Numbered from the stretch's first letter, positions 17,685 through 26,258 are shown. The stretch is DNA of 32,444 nucleotides from a virus (IMGVR_UViG_3300028586_000058:1-32444); one strand, 5' to 3'. A program made the numbers and translations. Notes: generated by a model from the letters alone, not told the origin.

Positions 17685-17920
17685 GATTCCCTTCCGGTTC
17701 GGTTGCGATGGGGTGATTGTATCTCCCAATCAAGTTGATATCAACATGAGATTGACAAAATATCGAAATACATTCATCTTGCTATTACCATCAACTTGAT
17801 ATCGACTCATATTTCCGGCCGGCGGCCGCCGCCTGGTCGACCAGCCGCTCGAGGGAGAAAGGCCCGAGGCCCGCCGATAACGCCGCGCCACCAACAAGGC
17901 ACAGGCAGCGCAAAAAACGT

Positions 17921-18287
17921 GGGGATTCGACACAATTTTTTACGTAAGTCATTGATTTCTTAGAAAACACCATCCCCAAACACTCCCGTTGCATCCCCGT
18001 AAACGGTTGATCTATCCCCAAAAGCCCCGCCCCGGTCCCGCCGGCGGCCGCCGCGCCGCCCCCCTTTTTTCTCTCTCTCTCCTATGAAAAAAAAGAAGAA
18101 CGAAGAAAAGGAAGGACTAACGCGCATCCCCGAGTGCATCCCCCATTTCCCCAAATCCTTTCACCGGCTTTTTTTTCCATCCCCGGAATCCCCAGGTATT
18201 CCCCGGCATTTTTGGGGATTGTGGGGATAGAGAAAGTTCGTCAAATCAATGACTTAGGCGGCGCTCCCCCTGAATCCCCTCATCCCC
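17921..18287. repeat. Candidate lytic replication origin: ATCCCC repeat array, AT-rich core, two inverted IHF-like sites
   Basis: 12 exact ATCCCC/GGGGAT copies; TAAGTCATTGATTT (17945-17958) and its exact inverse (18243-18256) match IHF consensus WATCAANNNNTTR; pyrimidine then purine tracts at 18061-18116. Confidence 0.6.
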
Positions 18288-18468
18288 GGCGTGCGCTGCC
18301 TGGGGGGTCCTGAATGCTTCGCCCGGGTCCATCTTTTCCAAGCTGGGATCCTGGATGCCTCAAGGACGCGTCCGAACGACCCGAGCACGCATCAAAGTGC
18401 ATCAGCGGCCGCACTACGAAACCGCGCCAAACGCCGCACCAGGGCTGCGCCAGGGCCGCCAGCGGCGG

Positions 18469-18514
18469 TGCATCAAAAGGAGGGCGACAAGCGAAGACCG
18501 GAGGCGGGAGGGAC
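18469..18514 (+). other. Candidate cos (packaging) region
   Basis: TGCATCAAAA-N10-AAGCG-N5-CGGAGGCGGGAGGGAC resembles the conserved P2-family cos region as I recall it; orientation relative to portal gene Q matches P2. Confidence 0.45.
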
Positions 18515-18706
18515 CTCCCGAGCAGGGGGGGTAGCCCCCCCCAGGGGAGGCCCTACCCCTGCGGGAGGCCCAGGGAGGCGACGTCGACGCCGTGGCGGGC
18601 CTGCGCGCATCAAAGGAGGGGAGGTGATGCACCAAGCAAGCGCCGGCCGTGGCGGGCCGCCTGGCGCCCAGGTCAGCGGACCAGCTGGTGGCCCTTCCCG
18701 CATCCC

Positions 18707-18772
18707 TATGGATAAGCCAGGGACATGTGGACAACGGTAGCCCGTTGCCCACATGACCCACGCTTACCCACA
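18707..18772. promoter_or_regulatory. Cluster of DnaA-box-like 9-mers (plasmid oriV)
   Basis: TATGGATAA 18707, TGTGGACAA 18726, TTGCCCACA 18745, TTACCCACA 18764, each 1-2 mismatches from TTATCCACA or its complement; middle pair forms an inverted repeat 18724-18755. Confidence 0.6.
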
Positions 18773-19285
18773 GGGGACCCTTGCGGCGTTCGCCTACGGC
18801 CTGACGCGCTTCGCTTGCCCAAGTGAGAGAGAAAGTCAAAAGCCGGAAAACCGCGATGCGGCCGCCAGCTGCAGGAAGGGGCGCATCTGGTTGCAAGCGG
18901 GGTTGCCCAGGTGCGTGAAGTGAGGTGGCGAGTGGACCGCCGAGTCCCGAGAGGGCGAGGGGTTTCGGGCCACGGTCCACGGCGCGCAGGCGCCCGAAGC
19001 CCCGAAGGGGTGAGCCGGTAGGAGCCGGCCCGGTAGGGCTTGGCCGCTTGCGGCCAACTCCGTATCCCGGCGAAGGTCTGCGCGACCGTGTGTTGGCTGT
19101 AGAGTGTCGGTGTTGAGTCTATGAGGGGGCAAGGCCCCCGGCACCTTGTGCGCCGCGCAGCGGGGCAGTCTTTTTTTCTTCCTCGCTGGGTTGTAGAGGT
19201 TGATCAGCAACAACCTAATAGGGCAAACATGGGAGGTTTTTCAGCGGAAACCCGCGCCGTTGCTGGGTTTGCAAGGATTCGGGGT

Positions 19286-19418
19286 TACGCATCACCGTGC
19301 GCAATACTACGCACCACGGTGCGTATATTTACGCACTTGAAAGACAAACCGTGTCCAGTGAGCGACAAAATGCGGGGGTTTCCTGTCCTGGGAAAGACAC
19401 TACGCACGATGGTGCGTA
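19286..19418. repeat. Rep-binding inverted repeats/iterons of plasmid oriV
   Basis: TACGCA-N6-TGCGYA units at 19286, 19308 (TACGCACC-AC-GGTGCGTA) and 19401; half-site at 19330; first three starts spaced 22 bp. Confidence 0.7.
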
Positions 19419-19527
19419 AGTGCTTGCACATTGGCGGTAAACCTATGCAGTCAATATGCGCAACCTACGTTATTCAATCGGGAAACGTGTGTTATTATTT
19501 CGCCGAACCTTACCACACGGCATTGAA

Positions 19528-20070
19528 ATGGCGAACAACGTAACCCTTCCCAGCGAGAACGACGAAACCCGCGGAAACCGGAGCCAGGGCTGGCTGCAGT
19601 CTGATAAAGCGGCGCACCAGGCGATGTGGAAGCTGGGCATCAAACACCCGATGGCCCTCGCCGTCCTGCATTTCATGGTGTCGAAGCTCTCCCGCGGCAC
19701 CAATGGCGTAGTCATCAGCGCGGCCGCGCTCGCCAAGCAGATGGGCCTGGCCCCCAGGACAGTGCAGAACACGATCACAGTCCTACGCGACTGCAAGTTC
19801 GTGCAGGTCCTGAAATCCGGTAACGTCAACGTGTACATCATCAACTCGCGCGTGGCCTGGCAAGGTGAGCGCGGTATGCGTTACGCCTCGTTCAATGCGC
19901 AAATCCTGGTCGATGAGTCCGAACAGGCCAAGCCAGTAGATGAGCTGATCGAGGAATCCAACGAGCTGCTGCAGGTCCCGGTGATGACCTTCAACGAAGA
20001 AATCCAGCTGGACGCGATCGACGGCCCGCCGCCGAGCAAACAGGGCAGTCTGCTGCCGCCAGAGGAATAA
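19528..20070 (+). CDS. rep: Plasmid replication initiator, pBBR1 Rep-like (winged helix)
   Basis: Colinear similarity to pBBR1 Rep as recalled: W.Q..K.AH.A, LH..V..., N.VV.S...L.K..G...RTVQ, Y..N.RVAW, F.A...VD; extended -10 TGTTATTAT at 19490-19498. Confidence 0.8.
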   Translation: MANNVTLPSENDETRGNRSQGWLQSDKAAHQAMWKLGIKHPMALAVLHFMVSKLSRGTNGVVISAAALAKQMGLAPRTVQNTITVLRDCKFVQVLKSGNVNVYIINSRVAWQGERGMRYASFNAQILVDESEQAKPVDELIEESNELLQVPVMTFNEEIQLDAIDGPPPSKQGSLLPPEE

Positions 20071-20097
20071 AAAAAAGCCGGCGATTGCCGGCGTTTT
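20069..20097. terminator. Bidirectional terminator between rep and portal
   Basis: A8-GCCGGC-GATT-GCCGGC-GTTTT between convergent stop codons. Confidence 0.8.
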
Positions 20098-20098
20098 G

Positions 20099-21142
20099 CT
20101 ATGCGGCTGCAGCGCCGGTATCGAGCGTGTACGGTCGGAACCTGATCACTTCCTCTCCCAGCCAGTCGTTCAGCTCGAGGAACCGCGCCTGCAGCGGCTC
20201 TACCTCGTTACGGCCGAACACCTCTGCCGCAGTGTCGGCCGCACCGAAACCGCCGGCATTGGCCGGCACCACGCCCATGAGCTGGGGCGGCACGCGATGC
20301 GCGGCGAGCATATCGTCGCGCGTCACGTTCTTGATGCTGAAAAATTCGTCCTTGGCCGCGACCTCGGACACCGGGATCAGCTGAATGCCGTCCTTCTTTC
20401 CGTTCGGCGCGTACATGAACAGGTTGCGGAAATTTCCGGGTCCCTTGCTGTCCTTGAGCGCCTGGCGGATCGCGGCGACGTCGCCCTCGTTCTGTGCGGC
20501 GTCGGTCATGTACAGGATGAAGCCGGCGTGGGATCCGTTCTCGTAATACTTGCGCCGGAACAGCGTCGCCGATTCGTTCAGCCAGGCCGAATGCAGCGCG
20601 GCCAGGTACTCGGGCAATCCGTAGACCTCCTGGGAAACGTCCGGCTCCATCAGGTGGAAAATGCTCCCCCGCGGGAACTCGTGTGTTTCCTGCCACCCAT
20701 GCACCTGGACGTACAGCTCGAGGTCCTTGCAGCGGCGCATATAGCGCGCCGGCGCCGGCAGCAGCTCCAACGTGCTGCCCAGGCGGTTGAGCCGGTCCTC
20801 GAGGTAGCAGTTGCCGAACGTGAGGAAGTCGAGGGCTAGGCGGCTGAAGGCGGCGCGCGTCAGCAGCTTATGCGGAATGAAGGTCGACGCCAGCACGTTA
20901 CGCTTGAAGTACAGGGCCGAGCTGTGATGCGTGCCGGCGCGGAAAGTCTTCGCCAGTCCGGACCAACTGACTGGCGGTTCGTACCAGCGGCCGGTCGACC
21001 AGCATTCGGCGTAGTCGAGGATCTCGGCCCGGTCCATAACGGGCGTAGGATCGCCGAAGGTGAAGGCCTCGATACCGCCTGCAGCTGCCGGCGCCGGCGC
21101 TGCGGGCGCCACCAGGGCGCCGCCGTGTTGGTTCAGAATCAT
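20099..21142 (-). CDS. gpQ: Portal protein (P2 gpQ, PBSX family)
   Basis: EAFTFGDP.PV, WYEPP, YGLPEYL, LNESATLFRRKYY.NGSHAGFI, GPGNFRNLF, AHRVPPQLMG; ATG 21142 overlaps the gpP stop. Confidence 0.97.
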   Translation of the reverse strand: MILNQHGGALVAPAAPAPAAAGGIEAFTFGDPTPVMDRAEILDYAECWSTGRWYEPPVSWSGLAKTFRAGTHHSSALYFKRNVLASTFIPHKLLTRAAFSRLALDFLTFGNCYLEDRLNRLGSTLELLPAPARYMRRCKDLELYVQVHGWQETHEFPRGSIFHLMEPDVSQEVYGLPEYLAALHSAWLNESATLFRRKYYENGSHAGFILYMTDAAQNEGDVAAIRQALKDSKGPGNFRNLFMYAPNGKKDGIQLIPVSEVAAKDEFFSIKNVTRDDMLAAHRVPPQLMGVVPANAGGFGAADTAAEVFGRNEVEPLQARFLELNDWLGEEVIRFRPYTLDTGAAAA

Positions 21143-22914
21143 CAGTAAATCTCCATAAATCCGGTATTGCCCGAGGTGACACCCTCGAGCGGTTCGTTGC
21201 CGAGTGCGTGCATACATGCCCAGGCCAAGTCGGCGTGACCTGTCTCCTGGCTGTACCCAGCCGTGTAAGTTACCTGGCGGCCGCTGGCCGTCATCGTCTT
21301 GCGTATCGCCATGAAGGACTGCGCGAGATCCGTCCATCCGGCGTCGAACTCGAGGCGCCCGTTGCCGATCACCGACAGGGCCTTGAGGACCAGGCGACTC
21401 TTAACCTCGGCCGAGTACTGGAGGGGCACCGCAGACGGATAGAATTGTTTGACCAGCTGGTAAACACCCTGGCCTAGCCCTGTCGTGTCGATCGCCATGT
21501 AAGTAACGTTGTACTGCTCCTGGCAGATTTTTTTGATGCGCTGCGCCTGGCCTTCAAAGTCCATGCCGCGGAACTGATGCCGCTCGAGCACGCGGAACTT
21601 GCCGCCGGCGACCAGAGGCGGCGCCAGGACGACCAGGCCGGCCGAATCGCCCGACAGCGCCGGGTCATAGCCGATCCACACCGGACGGTGGCCGAACGGG
21701 CGCGCCGCAAACGGCTTGAAGTCATCGGCCCAGTCCACCCAGGAATCGACCATGCAGCGCTGCAGGGAGGCCAGGGGGAAAATAGATGCGCTGTCATCCA
21801 CAAACTGACACATGAGAAGATTTGCGAAATCTTCAGGGCTGTGGTCGCGTCGCAGCTCGTCCAAATCGAACAGATCGCATCCTGCTGCGGCCGCATCTTC
21901 GACAGTGACCATGTGGCGCCATTGGTCATCGCTGCATAGGCGCCCGCCAGCAAGGGCGCTATGGCTTACATCGATTTGTACATGCTGCCCCTTTGGCCGG
22001 CCCCTGTTTGCATGTTCGCCCGTCCAGAATGGATAGGCCTCATGCGACATACTCGACGGCGTGGAGAAGTAGGTCTTGCGCCAGTGCTTATGCATCGCCA
22101 TGCCTGATGCGACCTTGTTCAGGTTTTTGAAGCCTGGAGTCCAGAAATATTCATCGAAGTAGAAATTGCCGTGGTAGCCCTGCGCAGTACGCGCACTCGT
22201 GCTTAAAAAAATAAGCTCTGCCCCGTTGTGCGGCAAGGCGATGGTTTCACCGGCTAGTTCGACGTCTGCAGCTTCGCGGGCAAAAGAGCAAATGTACTGG
22301 CGAAAGATATTCGCCTGAGCACGACTAGCAGACAAGAATATTTGGTTTCGGCCTGTCTCGATTGCATCCACTAGGGCTTCGCGTGCGAAGTACCAGGTGG
22401 CCCCAATCTGGCGACTTTTAAGCAGGTTCCGCGTGCGGTGATGCCCATTCCGATACCACACCTTCTGGTAGTCATATAGCGAATCACGGAAAGCCTGCAG
22501 GATCTTTGCCTGCTGTTCTTCGTTGATTGTGTTTCGTGGGGTTCGCTTTTTTGGAGCTGCATTGCGGGCAGCGATGTTCGGATTTAAATCGCCCTCTTTA
22601 CCCGTTTCGCTGTACTTGGTCACGCGCGCTGTGCGCTCGAGCTGGCGGCCGAGCAGGTCTATCTCTTTGAAGTCCTGACCGTCTTTCTTGTCCTTCGCGA
22701 TGAGGATAGCCAGGCGCGCCTCGATGGCCGTCTCCACCCGATCCACCGGCGTGGCTTTTTCCCATTCGTCCCGTTGTTTCCACGCTTCGACTGTGGCCCT
22801 TTTCAGGCCAAGCTGGCGGGCGATAGACGACACCCGCCAGCCCTGGAAATACAGGGTGCGGGCGGCTCGGCGCGGGTCCACTTCGGGAGCGGTTGAGGTA
22901 TCGATTGCAAGCAT
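21142..22914 (-). CDS. gpP: Terminase ATPase subunit (P2 gpP)
   Basis: LKSRQIGATWYFAREAL, NQIFLSAS, FYFDEYFW, GYDP, HADLAWA; start ATG 22914. Confidence 0.97.
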   Translation of the reverse strand: MLAIDTSTAPEVDPRRAARTLYFQGWRVSSIARQLGLKRATVEAWKQRDEWEKATPVDRVETAIEARLAILIAKDKKDGQDFKEIDLLGRQLERTARVTKYSETGKEGDLNPNIAARNAAPKKRTPRNTINEEQQAKILQAFRDSLYDYQKVWYRNGHHRTRNLLKSRQIGATWYFAREALVDAIETGRNQIFLSASRAQANIFRQYICSFAREAADVELAGETIALPHNGAELIFLSTSARTAQGYHGNFYFDEYFWTPGFKNLNKVASGMAMHKHWRKTYFSTPSSMSHEAYPFWTGEHANRGRPKGQHVQIDVSHSALAGGRLCSDDQWRHMVTVEDAAAAGCDLFDLDELRRDHSPEDFANLLMCQFVDDSASIFPLASLQRCMVDSWVDWADDFKPFAARPFGHRPVWIGYDPALSGDSAGLVVLAPPLVAGGKFRVLERHQFRGMDFEGQAQRIKKICQEQYNVTYMAIDTTGLGQGVYQLVKQFYPSAVPLQYSAEVKSRLVLKALSVIGNGRLEFDAGWTDLAQSFMAIRKTMTASGRQVTYTAGYSQETGHADLAWACMHALGNEPLEGVTSGNTGFMEIY

Positions 22915-22959
22915 GAGGGAAGCGTAACCGCCACGCGCGCGCGAACGCATCAGTGAGCG

Positions 22960-22982
22960 GGTGTACCCGCTGCCGGTACACC
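22960..22982. promoter_or_regulatory. Ogr-type activator box of divergent late promoters pP/pO
   Basis: GGTGTACC-CGCTGCC-GGTACACC, identical to 30363-30385; -10-like CAACAT at 23015-23020 (+) and TACGCT at 22921-22926 (-). Confidence 0.85.
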
Positions 22983-23057
22983 TTCCAACTGTTGAGCCAG
23001 GGCGTGCGCCCCGGCAACATGGTTCTCGTCAACTACCCCCCGAATTCGGAGAACCTA

Positions 23058-23939
23058 ATGAGCACGAAGCAGCACGCGAAATCGAAATTCTTCCGCATCG
23101 CCGTGGAAGGCGCGACGACCGATGGCCGCACCATCGCCCGCGCCTGGATCACGCAGATGGCGAAGAACTACAACCCGGACGTGTACGGCGCCCGCATCAA
23201 CCTGGAACACCTGCGCGGCGTGTTGCCCGATGGTCCGTTCAAGGCCTACGGCGACGTCACCGCCCTGGAAGCGCGCGAAGAATCCGGCGCCTTTGCCGGC
23301 AAGCTCGGCCTGTACGCACAAATCACCCCGACCGACGACCTGGTGGCACTGAACAAGGCCGGCCAGAAGATCTACACCTCCTGCGAAATCGACCCGGCAT
23401 TTGCCGACACCAACGAGGCCTACCTGGTTGGCCTGGCGATCACCGACAGCCCCGCAAGCCTGGGCACGTCCGTGCTTTCCTTCGCCGCTGGTCTGGACGC
23501 TGCAGAAAGCCCGTTCGCCGGCCGCAAGCAAAGCCCCACGAACCTGTTCACGGCCGCCGAGCTGGTCGACCTCGAGCTGGAAGAACCGGCGGCGCCGGCC
23601 GTTTCGCTGTTCTCGCGTGTCGCCGAGCTGCTGGGCCTGGTCAAGAGCAAGACCGCCGCCGACGACACCCGATTCGCTGACGTGACCCAGGCGGTGGAAT
23701 CGCTGGCGACCTTCGCCCAGGGCCAGGCCGAAACGATCACCGCCCAGGCGGCGACGATCGCCACCCAGGGCGAGCAAATCACCGCACTGAATCAGTCCCT
23801 TGCCGACCTGACGGCAGCGGCCGAGAAGGACCGCGAGGAATTCGCGGCCCTGAAAACCCAGCTGTCGAACACCGGCGACGGCCAGCCACCGCGCCCAGCA
23901 GCTACCGGCGGCGCCGGCCTGGTCAAAACCGACTGCTAA
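23058..23939 (+). CDS. gpO: Capsid scaffolding protein/protease (P2 gpO)
   Basis: KSKFFRIAVEGATTDGR.I, YGARINLEH, QKIYTS.EI, YLVGLA.TDSPASLGT, C-terminal TDC; GGAG RBS. Confidence 0.96.
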   Translation: MSTKQHAKSKFFRIAVEGATTDGRTIARAWITQMAKNYNPDVYGARINLEHLRGVLPDGPFKAYGDVTALEAREESGAFAGKLGLYAQITPTDDLVALNKAGQKIYTSCEIDPAFADTNEAYLVGLAITDSPASLGTSVLSFAAGLDAAESPFAGRKQSPTNLFTAAELVDLELEEPAAPAVSLFSRVAELLGLVKSKTAADDTRFADVTQAVESLATFAQGQAETITAQAATIATQGEQITALNQSLADLTAAAEKDREEFAALKTQLSNTGDGQPPRPAATGGAGLVKTDC

Positions 23940-23975
23940 CAGCATCGCCTCACCATCCATAGGAGCAATACCAGC

Positions 23976-25004
23976 ATGAAAAACCCAACCCGTATCGCCT
24001 ACGCCGCCTACCTGGCGACCGTCGCCCAGCTGAACGGCGTCGCCAGCGCGACCGAGAAATTCACCGTTGCGCCGTCCGTGCAGCAGACCCTGGAAACGAA
24101 GATTCAGGAGTCGAGCGGCTTCCTGGCCTCGATCAACGTCATCGGGGTGACCGACCAGAAGGGCGAGAAAATCGGCCTGGGCATCGGCGGCACCATCGCC
24201 GGCACCACCGACACCAGCCAGAAGGACCGTACCCCGGTCGATCCGTCGAACCTGGAAGGCAGCGGCTACGAATGCACCCAGACCAATTTCGACACGGCGA
24301 TCAAGTACGCCAAGATCGACATGTGGGCCAAGTTCCCCGACTTCCAAACCCGTATGCGTGATGCGATCGTCAAGCGTCAAGCGCTCGACCGTATCCTGAT
24401 CGGCTTCAACGGCCGCAGCCGCGCCGCCACCTCGGACCGTGCAGCAAACCCGCTGCTGCAGGACGTGAACAAGGGCTGGCTGCAGCATTACCGCGAGAAT
24501 GCAGCGGCCCGCGTGATGACCGGCGGTGCAACCCCGGGCCAAGTGACTGTGGGCACCGAAGACGCCGACTACGCCACCCTGGACGCCCTGGTGTTCGATG
24601 CGGTCAACAACCTGATCGACCCGGTTCACCAGGAAGACACCGAACTGGTGGTTATCTGCGGCCGCAACCTGCTGGCCGACAAATACTTCCCGATCGTGAA
24701 CCAGGTACAGCCGAACACCGAAGCGGTGGCCGCTGACCTCATCATCAGCCAGAAGCGCATCGGCGGCCTGCAGGCTGTCCGTGTTCCTGGTTTCCCAGCC
24801 AATGCCCTGATGGTCACGCGCCTGGACAACCTGTCGATCTACTACCAGGAAGGCGCCCGCCGCCGCACCGTGGTGGACAACGCCAAGCGCGACCAAATCG
24901 AGAACTACGAGTCGAGCAACGACGCGTATGTGGTCGAGGATTACAGCTGCGGTTGCGTGGTCGAAAACATCACCATCCTCGAGCCGGCACCGGCGCAGGC
25001 GTAA
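23976..25004 (+). CDS. gpN: Major capsid protein (P2 gpN)
   Basis: F.V.PSVQQTLE..IQESS.FL, NPLLQDVNKGWLQ, LDNLSIY.Q, YESSNDAYVVEDY. Confidence 0.97.
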   Translation: MKNPTRIAYAAYLATVAQLNGVASATEKFTVAPSVQQTLETKIQESSGFLASINVIGVTDQKGEKIGLGIGGTIAGTTDTSQKDRTPVDPSNLEGSGYECTQTNFDTAIKYAKIDMWAKFPDFQTRMRDAIVKRQALDRILIGFNGRSRAATSDRAANPLLQDVNKGWLQHYRENAAARVMTGGATPGQVTVGTEDADYATLDALVFDAVNNLIDPVHQEDTELVVICGRNLLADKYFPIVNQVQPNTEAVAADLIISQKRIGGLQAVRVPGFPANALMVTRLDNLSIYYQEGARRRTVVDNAKRDQIENYESSNDAYVVEDYSCGCVVENITILEPAPAQA

Positions 25005-25006
25005 CC

Positions 25007-25684
25007 ATGAAGTCGCCCGCCCAACGTCACTTCGCGCAAGTTAGCGCGCAGCTGGTGGCCGCTTCGAGCGGGCCAGGGGAAACCCTGGCCGGCGCCAGTG
25101 TCTACGAGCTGATGCTGGCCAAGCTGGCGACCGACCGCCGCCGCCTCAAGGAGGTGCAGTCGATCGAGCGCAAGAAGGTCATCAAGGCCGAGGTCCTGCC
25201 CGAGTACGCCGACTATGTGGCCGGCGCGCTGGCGGGCGGCCGCGGCGCCCAGGACGATGTCCTGGTCACGGTGATGGTGTGGCGTATCGACGTGGGCGAC
25301 TACGCCGGCGCCCTGGCGATCGCCGTGTACGCCCTCGAGCACCGCCTGACCCTGCCCGACCAGTACGAGCGCACCCTGGCCACCGTCATTGCCGAGGAAT
25401 TCGCAGAGGCGGCCCTGATCGCCCTCAAGACCGCCGGCGCAAAGTTCGACGTCGACCAGCTGCTGCAGGTGTCCACCCTGACCGATGCAGCCGATATGCC
25501 CGACCAGGTGCGCGCCAAGCTGTACAAGGCGATCGGCTACGCGCTGCAGGACGATCCGGCGGCCGCGCTGCCGCACCTGCGCCGTGCTGTCGAACTGGAC
25601 GATCGCGTCGGCTGCAAGAAAGACATCGAGCGCTTGGAAAAAGCGCTTAAAGCTGCCGGCGGCGCGCCGGCGGCGAGTACCTAG
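25007..25684 (+). CDS. gpM: Terminase small/endonuclease subunit (P2 gpM)
   Basis: SPAQRH, D.RRLK.VQS.ERK, QDDVL.T.MVWRID.GDY, DMPDQVRAKLYK, G.KKDIERLE. Confidence 0.95.
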   Translation: MKSPAQRHFAQVSAQLVAASSGPGETLAGASVYELMLAKLATDRRRLKEVQSIERKKVIKAEVLPEYADYVAGALAGGRGAQDDVLVTVMVWRIDVGDYAGALAIAVYALEHRLTLPDQYERTLATVIAEEFAEAALIALKTAGAKFDVDQLLQVSTLTDAADMPDQVRAKLYKAIGYALQDDPAAALPHLRRAVELDDRVGCKKDIERLEKALKAAGGAPAAST

Positions 25685-25781
25685 CCCACCCGGCCTGGCG
25701 GCGCCGGCTGACGATCGGACACCCATGTGGTTGCCCTGATCCGAAGCCGGCCCACCGCCTCTACTACCGAGAACCCGAACA

Positions 25782-26258
25782 ATGAGCTTTATCGCCACCG
25801 CCCCCTCGAGCACGATGACCACGCCGGCCGACGCCCTGACCGTGACGAATGACGGATTCTTCCCCGATATCGACCTGGGGAAGCTGCGCGACACCGCGCG
25901 CCTGGATGGCACCGTGACGACTACGCGCCTGCGCGATGCTGCGATCGCGGCCGTCATCAGCGTCAACGGCGAGCTGCAGGCCTGGAAGGCCGCGAAGATC
26001 GCCGCCGGCATCGCCCAGCTGGCCGACCTCGAGCCGCGCATCGGTGGCGTGGCCGTGCAGGTGTCGCAATACCTGACGGCCGTATATCGCACCGCGCAAG
26101 CCGACCTGTCCGGCCGGTACCGGACCTTCGACGCCACACCTGAGGGCCAGGCCAAGGCCGACCAGCTCGAGATGACGATCGGCGACGACCTGCGCGCTGC
26201 GCGCTGGGCTGTGCGCGACCTGCTCGGCGTTCCCCGCTCCACCGTCGAGTTGATCTAA
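25782..26258 (+). CDS. gpL: Head completion/stabilisation protein (P2 gpL)
   Basis: NDGFFPDI, R.DGTVT..RL, Y..FDAT, ARWA..D.LG..R.TVELI. Confidence 0.93.
   Translation: MSFIATAPSSTMTTPADALTVTNDGFFPDIDLGKLRDTARLDGTVTTTRLRDAAIAAVISVNGELQAWKAAKIAAGIAQLADLEPRIGGVAVQVSQYLTAVYRTAQADLSGRYRTFDATPEGQAKADQLEMTIGDDLRAARWAVRDLLGVPRSTVELI

Noticed and set aside
17921-19418. CRISPR array
   Set aside because: Repeats are 6-18 bp, in mixed orientation, without unique spacers of regular length; no cas genes
18291-19543. ORF-track proteins across the cos/oriV region
   Set aside because: Low-complexity Arg/Gly/Pro translations in several overlapping frames, no convincing RBS; region better explained as cis-acting DNA
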